Shown one piece after another: positions 1 through 8,536 of a DNA stretch of 64,000 nucleotides; positions within the stretch are counted from its first letter, which is position 1, and every line of letters starts with the position of its first letter. Position numbers and translations under genes: made by a program. Source of the DNA: Schizochytrium sp. TIO01 (Eukaryota; Protista; Bigyra: Labyrinthulomycetes); NCBI GenBank assembly GCA_004764695.1, contig SMSO01000031.1:8104761-8168760 (forward strand), written 5' to 3'. The notes under the pieces were generated by a model. It searched no databases, was not told the origin of the DNA, and was given only the letters and a program-made list of their open reading frames with translations.

Positions 1-353
1 TTCCTCCCTCCAGGAAGCAGGGCGCTTGGTCCCACGAGACTGCTCTTCTTCCTCAATGTGCACACCCTGGTCCGTTGTGACCCTTACTACAATGTCTGTC
101 ATTCATTCATGGCAAGGAGGAACTCGGCGTAGTCCTTATCTAGGCCTTTCTGGCCGCAACGCAAAATCAAGCAGCGAGCGAACTTTTTGGTTAGCATAGG
201 AAACTTCGCTGCATTTCCTCCCGGGAAGTTGTCGCAGTTTCTCTCCGGTGGTCGAGCCAGGGACTGGTAATACTATGGAGTTTTCCAAGTTGTATTCCTC
301 CTCTCCTACTTTGGATGTTTCACCGCATGCGGGGTGAAAAATCTATGGGTACG

Positions 354-444
354 TGACTTTGTCCAGAAATAGCCTTTTAGTACACTTTCCAATTTAAGAC
401 GTAGTACTTTTGAAAAGTACTACATCTAAGCTCCTTACCACTCC
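354..444 (-). repeat. 91-bp dispersed repeat, copy 1; contains a GTAAG...TACTAAAAG intron-like segment (374-438) with an internal hairpin
   Basis: Its reverse complement matches 15054-15144 at 88/91 positions. Confidence 0.9.
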
Positions 445-2749
445 GCGGAAATACACTTAGTAGTGCTTTTGTATTTTGTTCCCTTCTGGTCACTTCGTTT
501 TCTCCGGGATTTGGATATTTTACTTGTATCAAGACTGGGACGAAAGCTTCATCGCTAGCTAGATCCGGTACCGTTGTGCGACGCATCATCGTTATCACAT
601 CTGCCCCGAAATCATCGAATGGGTAACAAAAGGGTTCGACCAAATCCATCAAGCCCTCCGAGGCAAACCCGTTCATTTCCGATAACCAATCCAGCGTTCC
701 CTGTTGGTCTCTGCTACAATTGCGCACCAATTTTCCGAATGACGATCCTTTGGGCATTTCAAGATGATCAAACAACATTTCGCGGCGATCAGTGGGGTCC
801 CGAATAATAATTTGCTTCGCCACATCTAGTGTAGAATTCATGTGTTTGAAAGCACATAGCATGGTATAGTACTTCATATAGTCTTGCGAACCCGTCTCCC
901 TAATCTTGCTGACAACAAACTCGAGGAGGGTTCCCTCCTCAAGAAAGTTCTGTAGTGCTGCTTCAAGCACCAGAGGTTCATCAAGTTTGACAAAGAACCC
1001 ATCTGGGACATAGCCTCTTCGTGATGCCTGGACCGTTACCGAACTGACTTGACAGACTCCGTCGTCAACCAGTTTCTGTGCAGATTCATTCTTTAAACAA
1101 ACGGGTTTGTCTGTAAAGAGATGCGTTACGAGCGCATCTAGGAAATCTTGGAAATCTTGGATTTCTTTTTTGTTCTCATTGATCCGTTTGATTGCAGTCA
1201 GTGTGGTGGAGTTTGCTTTATAACGCCAGGATGCTCTTGATTCGCGCTGATTCTCTGATATAGTATGAAAAGCGTTCGGGTGTGTCATGATTTCGACGAA
1301 GCGCCGTATCTCTTGAATGAACCTCGCGTTAAGGTCTCCTGGGTCACTCGATTGAAGTTTTCTCCCCAGCAGAATATCTAAAAATGCAACTGTCCATCTG
1401 GGTCTTCCTGTAAGCCATTTGCATGTGTACTGAACAACATGTTCATCCAATTGTTCTAAGTCCAGAATAGTCCCAATATATTGTTCAACACCAGCTGTGT
1501 CTAGTGAGGGAAATTTGTAATGCAAAGATGAGTTCTTGGTATCTTTTGCAGACGCACTGGACAGTTGTGTTGTAATGTGGACCATAGAAAAACCCGTTCC
1601 GGAGAAAATGGGGTGATTAATGAGTCCGTGAGTATCTACCATGGACGTGAGTGCTTTGGAAACCGGAGAGAGCAAACTTCGCCTCTCATCTTGGTCTTCA
1701 GAGGAGTGAAAAAAGCCCACAAATTTCTTGGCTAGTACTTGTGTTTCGTCAAAGGCTACATTAAACCTGGTACCTTCAACTAAGTCACGGACGTTTTGCC
1801 AGACGGGTCTTAATTTCTTCAGCATACGACGAGGTTCTTCTGCAGCGTTTGAGATACTCAAATCCTCGTTAAAGCCAGAAACAAATGTAGAGAACAGTGC
1901 GTTAAACACATCCGTATTTTTGAAGTAGTACTGTGGTGCGAGCTGTACGCGAAGCCAAAGCTCCTCAGTAAGCACATGTGTACCGAGGGCGTGCTTCAGT
2001 GCGCAGAAAACTAGCAGTCTACAGAGTATCAGAGCGATTACGTAGAAGTTTGCAAGCTCATCATTTTCAAGTGGCGTGGATTCTTTGACAAAGCGCCCCA
2101 ACTCGTAGTAAAGACTTGCGATATCACTGCTGCCTGGGTTGAGTGTAGCGCTGTCAGCAGCAACGAAGTACAGTCCGTAGCTTCGAGCAAAAATCTCAAA
2201 AATCAATCTCGTCTTTCCAGCGCCCGAGGTGCCGTAAAAGCTCATGAGTGTTTTGTGAGTACCTGAAACAATTTTGCCAAAGTTTTCCAAATTCTCGTTA
2301 AAACGTCCCAAAAGATCATGAGTAAGGAAATCGGGGGCTAAGCTATCGGAGGCGAGATTTAGCGGAATTTCGACTTTGGGGCGAAAAAGCTTCGCGAACT
2401 CCCCTTCGGGCGTGAAAACTGGCACGGGTTCGAGGAATAGTCCAGGGTTCTCTATGATGTGCTTATATGTTTTATCCAGGGTCTCAGAGACCGGTGACAG
2501 CACCGCATAAAAACTCTTCAGGCTATCCCGCTCATCTCGTGCATCGTTCAACTGTAGCTGTGTCTGTTGCAAAGATTGTTCATACATCGCAATTCGTCGC
2601 TTGCTGAGTTTCTCATCGCTTCTCAGTATCTCCAAAAAATCGTTGATATCTTTGGTCAGCTTTTTCACGGCGCTTTCCGCAGTCTCATACCTGGCGAGGA
2701 CATCGTGAAGTGGAGAAGGCCACGCCTGGCTTGCTGCGCCATCCGCCAT
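377..2749 (-). CDS. Crinkler (CRN/CR)-type protein: N-terminal coiled coil, P-loop NTPase, C-terminal PD-(D/E)xK REase-like domain; the 3' end may be spliced (candidate intron 374-438, stop at 306)
   Basis: 790-aa ORF. Walker A in FYGTSGAGKTRLIFE followed by YGLYF; Walker B-like VAFDETQ; RSLLSP, IFSGTGFS, LTGRPRW and EPLVLEA motifs; YPFDDFGADV...VLIQVK nuclease-like motif. Confidence 0.72.
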   Translation of the reverse strand: MADGAASQAWPSPLHDVLARYETAESAVKKLTKDINDFLEILRSDEKLSKRRIAMYEQSLQQTQLQLNDARDERDSLKSFYAVLSPVSETLDKTYKHIIENPGLFLEPVPVFTPEGEFAKLFRPKVEIPLNLASDSLAPDFLTHDLLGRFNENLENFGKIVSGTHKTLMSFYGTSGAGKTRLIFEIFARSYGLYFVAADSATLNPGSSDIASLYYELGRFVKESTPLENDELANFYVIALILCRLLVFCALKHALGTHVLTEELWLRVQLAPQYYFKNTDVFNALFSTFVSGFNEDLSISNAAEEPRRMLKKLRPVWQNVRDLVEGTRFNVAFDETQVLAKKFVGFFHSSEDQDERRSLLSPVSKALTSMVDTHGLINHPIFSGTGFSMVHITTQLSSASAKDTKNSSLHYKFPSLDTAGVEQYIGTILDLEQLDEHVVQYTCKWLTGRPRWTVAFLDILLGRKLQSSDPGDLNARFIQEIRRFVEIMTHPNAFHTISENQRESRASWRYKANSTTLTAIKRINENKKEIQDFQDFLDALVTHLFTDKPVCLKNESAQKLVDDGVCQVSSVTVQASRRGYVPDGFFVKLDEPLVLEAALQNFLEEGTLLEFVVSKIRETGSQDYMKYYTMLCAFKHMNSTLDVAKQIIIRDPTDRREMLFDHLEMPKGSSFGKLVRNCSRDQQGTLDWLSEMNGFASEGLMDLVEPFCYPFDDFGADVITMMRRTTVPDLASDEAFVPVLIQVKYPNPGENEVTRREQNTKALLSVFPRSGKELRCSTFQKYYVLNWKVY

Positions 2750-2839
2750 CCTTGCGAGTTTGCTCGTCCTGTGTATTCCTAGGCGCTCTCAGTTAGGGAT
2801 TTGCTTCTCAGGGGATTGAAGAGGTTCCTAGAAAGTTCT

Positions 2840-2875
2840 GCTTTACACACTTTATAAAGAAAGGGTGTGTAAAGC
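2840..2875. other. Perfect 11-bp inverted repeat (hairpin) at the start of an AT-rich junction
   Basis: GCTTTACACAC (2840-2850) and GTGTGTAAAGC (2865-2875), followed by A/T tracts. Confidence 0.85.
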
Positions 2876-3174
2876 CAAATAACAAATTTTAAAAAAAACA
2901 TTTTGGGTTTTATTTAGAATTAAAAATAAAAACACTGGAGATTTTCATGGTGTTAGCGAGTATGTTTTGTTTCTATTTTGTGAAACTATTAACAGATAAA
3001 AGATTAAAGAATTTTCAAAGGTTTTCGGTCCTATTTGCTAAGGAAGAAAGAGAGTAAGAACCAAAAGATGGTGAAAAGGAAAGTTGGCAAATAGTTCAAT
3101 GCGAAAAAGGCGATCTTTTTATTTTCTATTTGCTGAGCAAGGAGAGAGAGTAAGAATCTATCTGTAGTGAAACG

Positions 3175-3609
3175 ATGTTTACTGCCAAGGATTGTATGGA
3201 CGCGGCATTGAAAGTGAGCGATGCCGAGGAATGCTCTGATTCTCAAGGAACTGAAAAATTATTTGCAGTGGAAACTGTGTTCGATTGAAGAATTGATAAC
3301 AAATGTGCCCAACGGGGTGGGATGAACACCCACTTTGATTTGATTTATCATTCCAAAAAATTGGACGATGCTGGGAACGAAATTCTAGAGAAACTAGGTG
3401 TAAAATGCTCGAAAAGGATAGTGGAGTGTTTAGAAGAACTTGGTTTTGTTGTGTCTCATCGTGAGCTTTATTCTTTTAAAATAAGTTGGGGAGAGAGAGT
3501 TCCAGGTCTAGAGGACTTTAGAAAGATCGACTTTACAATTACACTACAAAATAGATTGATTGTATCTAGTTACCGTTTTCTTGAGGCACTTGTGTATTTG
3601 ATTTTTTGA
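3175..3609 (+). pseudogene. Small hypothetical protein with one in-frame TGA (3286-3288)
   Basis: ATG 3175 (MFTAKDCMDAAL...) is in frame with ORF 3322-3609 across a single stop. The LEELGFVV...FKISW segment resembles small viral/phage ORFans. Confidence 0.45.
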
Positions 3610-4510
3610 GTAGAATTGCTCCTATAATTAAAGCGGCGATTCCGAGTCCGCATAAAATAGCTCCGACAATGATTGGTGCCTTGTTTGAACTACTGGCGTT
3701 TTGCACTGTGCCAGCCCTCGGAACGAGAGTTTGCGGAATCAGATACCACAAGCCAGTGTCGGTAGTTTTATCTATGAAATGGGGCAACCAAGTGCCGAAC
3801 AGAGTATCGAGTTCAAGGGCTTGGCCCGTGTTTCCGTGCACGATATCCACGGACCCATCTGATTTAAAGTCCAGTTTAACAGGAATGGGATCGTTTCTAT
3901 CTTTGTCCAGCACCACAAATGGCGAGATTTTGTTTAAATAATCTGAGGATTCGGCGAGGAATCCGTTGCTGATATATAGGTTCCAGGTGAGATCAACTGG
4001 CGTTTCTGATCGGGCTTCGAGTCGAAGCAGTTGTCTATTACCTGAGTCAGATTGGGCGGTTCCGATTTCCAGGGTTTGGATTTCTCCAAAACCATCTAAT
4101 TCTTTGGGTTCTGCGGCTTGAAGAAAGCTTTGAACTCCGTTTCTTTCTGTCCAGAGGTAATGGTGTAGCTTAAATGTATCTCCGGAGCAGAAAGTGGTAA
4201 ACTTGCTGACTTGAAAACAGTCGCTACTGATGGGAGCCGTTGGTCCTATGGTCACGGCTGCAGCAGTTGTTGTTGTTTCGGTGGTGCTAGTTGTTGTAAC
4301 AGCGGGAGTTGTCGTCGCGGCTGCTGTTGTAATTGTTTCCGTAGTAATTGGGATTGTGACATCCTCTATTGTGCTCCGGCTTTGTTGCGTTTGACCAACT
4401 CCAATGACAATGGCTCCAGTTAGAGTAGCGATAGTTCCGCCTGCCAGGAGCGAGATAGAGATAATTTTAAACTTTGAATGAGGTGGTTTATCTAGGGGTG
4501 TTTCGTCCAT
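3566..4510 (-). CDS. Membrane-anchored surface protein: N-terminal TM, Thr-rich mucin-like stalk, beta-rich (possibly beta-trefoil) domain, C-terminal TM
   Basis: 314-aa ORF with hydrophobic IISISLLAGGTIATLTGAIVIGV, stalk TTETITTAAATTTPAVTTTSTT, ricin-like segment DGSVDIVHGNTGQALEL and C-terminal IIVGAILCGLGIAALIIGAILLKK. Confidence 0.7.
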   Translation of the reverse strand: MDETPLDKPPHSKFKIISISLLAGGTIATLTGAIVIGVGQTQQSRSTIEDVTIPITTETITTAAATTTPAVTTTSTTETTTTAAAVTIGPTAPISSDCFQVSKFTTFCSGDTFKLHHYLWTERNGVQSFLQAAEPKELDGFGEIQTLEIGTAQSDSGNRQLLRLEARSETPVDLTWNLYISNGFLAESSDYLNKISPFVVLDKDRNDPIPVKLDFKSDGSVDIVHGNTGQALELDTLFGTWLPHFIDKTTDTGLWYLIPQTLVPRAGTVQNASSSNKAPIIVGAILCGLGIAALIIGAILLKKSNTQVPQENGN

Positions 4511-4544
4511 TCTGTGTTTGTCTATCTGATGATAATGATTTTTA

Positions 4545-5240
4545 CTAAAACATTCTTACGCCTGGCAAAGATGTTTGCGCTGAGGATTTTTGAGCCGCAA
4601 TGTACCCGCTCTGGGTTCCTTGTTTGGGTTGTTCAGGCTGTTTGGGCTGTTTGGGCTGTTGTGGCTGTTCCTGTGGTGGTCGCGTTTTGTCTTCTGTGAT
4701 CATGATCCACGCGATTGAGCCAATAAGAGAGAGGGCTCCTAGTCCAGTGATTACACCTCCTGAAATAAGGAAGGTGTTTCTGAGCTTTTGTTTGTTTTCT
4801 TCGTCGTTTGCTTCGCTTGAGTCAGTAACAAACCTTGCCCCTTGGCGACTCATGAGGGTGACTGGCTCAAAGGTCCATCGTCTGTTTGCTAGAGAGGCAT
4901 CGCTGCCCGCGGAGCCGTATCCGATGTTGTTATTTGAGTAGTAGCGTTGTATCCAATTATTTCTGGTGGAACTCTTGATGCTGTAAGCGCCGTTGTAAGA
5001 ACTAACGTTGAAAGCGTTAGTCTCTATGGCATCTACGTTTCTCAGAATTGCTAGTTGATAAATATAAGCAATTGATCCATCAATAAAATAGCCCAGGCTT
5101 GGAGCAAGAAAGTGCACTCCGTAATCAGTAATATTAATTGTCACTTCTTGCATGTCCACCTGAAGAATACTTAGCTCAGAGAGAGAAACGAGCAGGGCGT
5201 TATTTAATTGGAAACATGTGTGCTGCTCTGACCATTGCAC
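4545..5240 (-). CDS. Membrane-anchored beta-trefoil-like protein with a P/Q-rich tail; probably 5'-truncated or chimeric near 5140-5220
   Basis: NGAYSIKSSTRNNWIQ...RRWTFEPV, TM FLISGGVITGLGALSLIGSIAWIMI, tail PPQEQPQQPKQPKQPEQPKQ. Only 34 bp separate it from the next gene. Confidence 0.6.
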   Translation of the reverse strand: MQWSEQHTCFQLNNALLVSLSELSILQVDMQEVTINITDYGVHFLAPSLGYFIDGSIAYIYQLAILRNVDAIETNAFNVSSYNGAYSIKSSTRNNWIQRYYSNNNIGYGSAGSDASLANRRWTFEPVTLMSRQGARFVTDSSEANDEENKQKLRNTFLISGGVITGLGALSLIGSIAWIMITEDKTRPPQEQPQQPKQPKQPEQPKQGTQSGYIAAQKSSAQTSLPGVRMF

Positions 5241-5554
5241 TTGCTGTTAGCTTAGTTGATCAGAACGAGCACTACATTCGGCGCGCTATCACCGTTTTCT
5301 TTGCTACTGCGGCAGTTCTGTTCATTTTTGCCTTTTTGATGCGCGAAGAAATGCCTAGTGTGACCACAATCTATCCACTGGGGTATGCGGTCCCCGAAAA
5401 GCACATGGAGCGCTTGCCTAAATTGCTTTTGACTTCTCTTTCCTGCTGCTGCGCCGGAATGCTTATCATTATTTTTCACATTGTTCGCAAGGCCTTTTTC
5501 CCTCAGGGTAAGTTCACGCTGCCCACGCTGGCGGCTTTAAAATCTGTAATGTAG
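5216..5554 (+). CDS. Small multi-pass membrane protein or 3' fragment of one
   Basis: Three hydrophobic segments from ATG 5216. Confidence 0.4.
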   Translation: MCAALTIALAVSLVDQNEHYIRRAITVFFATAAVLFIFAFLMREEMPSVTTIYPLGYAVPEKHMERLPKLLLTSLSCCCAGMLIIIFHIVRKAFFPQGKFTLPTLAALKSVM

Positions 5555-6451
5555 ATATTTGTTTAGTTTCTGCTCTGTGTTTTTTTGAGTGAGCTCCCTA
5601 ACCTTGCGCAGGCGTGCAGACTGCACTGGCGGCGCCGCCGCTCGCTTGGCGCTCTCTGTACTTATGCGCGCGCAAAAGTCCTCGATGGGCCTGCTGGCTT
5701 TTTCCACCCATCCATTGGGGATCCACAGCTGGCTGGTGAAGGGAGAGGTGAATTGAGTGCCAAGCTGCAGCTCCTTTTCCGCCACCACGGCGTGCAGGAC
5801 CCCCATCCCTATCTCTTTGCTCCAGCCGATAGCGACCTGCAGGCGCGCCGCTTGTTGTGGGTTTAAACAACACTCTTTGACCAGCTTGATGACTTGATGC
5901 GTTTCAGTTTGGGAGAGTTGGTATAAATAAGTATGGATCCCTCTACTTCAAGTTCTCCGAGACTTTGCGCGAGCTGATTGGCGACCTTCACGTTTGGCAT
6001 GAGCAGCTTCTCTCACGCGCTGGCACATTCCGTGCGCTTCGTCGAAGCAAGCGGGGGCTCTTGGTAACCTATGATTTTGGATGAAGCATGTTGCATGCAC
6101 GCACGCCTTGCTTTTATTTCATTCGTGCTGTTCCTGTCTTCTGCATTCCTTTGTTCACTCGCCGTTGTCGTCGCTGCGGCTGCCGCCGAGCTTGCCGCCG
6201 CGCATAATCGAGCTTGCCAGGCCTCCTTGAGGTGGAGGTTGAGGCTACAGGAAGCAATTAGCTAGCGGCCGTTGTCCCGGAAACTCTGCACGAACTGCCA
6301 AGTTTCAGACGCGTGCCATTGCACAACCGCAGGGTTTGGGAGCCCAAGTTGTCAACAGCTCAGGACCTCGCAGCTCGCCTCCTGCAGACTGACTCGTATT
6401 GTTGAGCTCCTTCACGCCGATTTGACGCGGGTTCTGCTCTAGAGTAGACAT
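5537..6451 (-). pseudogene. Degraded gene with a possible SAM-like helical segment
   Basis: Frames joined across stops and frameshifts give QLAQSLGELEVEGS / YLYQLSQTETHQVIKLVKECCLNPQQAARLQVAI, continuing into ORF 5537-5806. Confidence 0.35.
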
Positions 6452-7165
6452 GATCAATCAAACAACCCTCGGTTAAGACTCCACTAGTGCTAGATAGGAG
6501 TCGTTCCAATCCGTTCTTTTCAGCTGACATGGACACAGATTAAGCGCCGCGCGTAGCATTGGTATAGCATAAACTGTAGGTAGTGTCCAGACCCCTGTTC
6601 TGAGGTTTTGCTCAGGGTCGTGCCTAATTCCTGGACTCCCTCCAGTGCGCTTCGCGTAGGAGCAGTTCGCTTCTAGCCAGCTTGGGGCCCGACCTCGTGA
6701 GACTAGTCCCCACTGTTGTATCTTTTATTGGCGTGTGCGTCTTCTTGGCAGTCTGCGAGTGGATACTGACCTCGGATCGGGCTTCCGTTCGGGACCGTGA
6801 TTGCATTGTCTTCTTTTCCCGTTTTCTGGTCTTCAGTTGGCAGGCAGGACTTCTCTATCGCTGCTGAGGGCTCGAGTATTCTTGCAAGCCTCTGTCTGAA
6901 ATATCGCAACTAGAATTGCTTTTCAGCCTACCGTTTTACTCTTGTACGCCTTCGTGCATAGTTCTTTGCGTTGAATTTGGTGGATTCAATTTATTAAAGC
7001 AGCCACCTTCTGAGGCCTTATTCCCTACTTGAGTTTGAGAACAGATTTCGTATTTTACTTCGCTATAGCGCATAACTCGCACAGTCTGCTCAAAGTTTTG
7101 CAGAAAGAGTATTGCTCTTCTGTTTATATCTGATTTCGAATTTTGTAAAAGAGTTGAAAGAAAAC

Positions 7166-7669
7166 ATGGCGCCCCAGGATCCACCCAGCTGCGGAGGCTC
7201 CAGCTCAGGTCAGCAAGGAGCTCCTGGTGCTACAGCAGGCTCATCTTCTGGCTCCAATGCTACCCCGCAGCAGCAGCAAAGTCAAGGAGCTCAAGGTGAG
7301 GTGCATGAAGTCTTTGGCGACGTGAACCTTGGCGCTGCCATGCTATTTCTCATGCTCTTGCACCTGCTGAAGTACACCATGCAAGACCCGTGCTCTTGTT
7401 AAAGTTGCACTAAATCCTCCTTACCTGAAGGAAGCAACTTAGAATGTGCTATCTCTACCCTGACACTGCTAAGATATTCCAACAGCACCACTACAAACAA
7501 AGTTCACGCGTGGATTTGTTGACTTGTGTCCATCGTTGTCTTGTGCGATGGTGGCGAAACCTAGCAGACTGAAGCAGAGATGCAGAGACCTTAGATTGAA
7601 CTCAAAATGTCTACCCAGCGCCGTGGCTTCTACCAGAGCCTTCTGACTCTCTGGTACAAGCAGTGTTAA
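7166..7669 (+). pseudogene. Short or degraded gene with a G/S/Q-rich N-terminus
   Basis: MAPQDPPSCGGSSSGQQGAPG... stops at 7402; coding-like sequence with stops continues to ~7669. Confidence 0.3.
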
Positions 7670-8536
7670 TTTTCTTGCGAGGTCAATGATGAAAAGGTGA
7701 GATGCCTTGACTTTCCCAGAATTGGAGAGAGTAAGATACCATGTGATTTGTAAAGAAATATATATATTTTTTTTCTCAGGTTTTTATTCATTTTGCTTCA
7801 ATGTGCAATGTGCGTCCTTAAGTCCTTGCTCGATTAGTTTTCGTCTATATCATCTTTTGTGTTATCAGAAGCAAAAGTCAAGCCCATACATTCTCCTGTG
7901 CCATGGTGAGATCAAGTACTATACCATTTACAATATGCATGCGAGGGTTACTAATATACTTGATGTTTTCAACAGAAGGTAAACATTACTCCCACGACTC
8001 GGTATTCAATCACATCACGCTGAAAGCAGAGCAAGTATTTAGATTCCAACTAAGCAGCCAATTAAGTAAATTGTATACTTGGAATCACTTTCTCTAAGCG
8101 CGTCGCCATATATCCCATGCATCACCAGAAGGGGATTTGGCCACTACATTAAAAACCTCTCTCACTAATGAATCGTCTGCTTGCTTTGGATACGCAGAAC
8201 TCTGTGCCCAGTATAACTAAAACGATTTCAAAAGTAAATCAAGTAAGGAAATTGCAAGAAGATAGAGAGCAGAAAAGGGTAATTATAAAAAGCCAGGCAC
8301 ATTGTGTAATTTTATATGTATGAAAGAAAGGACTGAAAGTGGGGATCAAAGGCTGTGAGCACGTGTGCATGTAAGAAGGACACTTGCATCTTTCACAGCA
8401 CATAGCACGTAAGGAGTCGAAGGATAAAAGGATAAAAGGCAAGACGTGTGAAACCTAAAAAGGGAATCGGCATTAACAGAAATCACAAGCCTGCCATTGC
8501 TTGAGAGCAAAAGACAAATAGAGCTACTCGTCGCAT

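Noticed and set aside
3175-3609. Stop-codon reassignment or selenocysteine readthrough at TGA 3286
   Set aside because: TGA, TAA and TAG all terminate normal genes in this window, there is no redox motif, and a point mutation is simpler.
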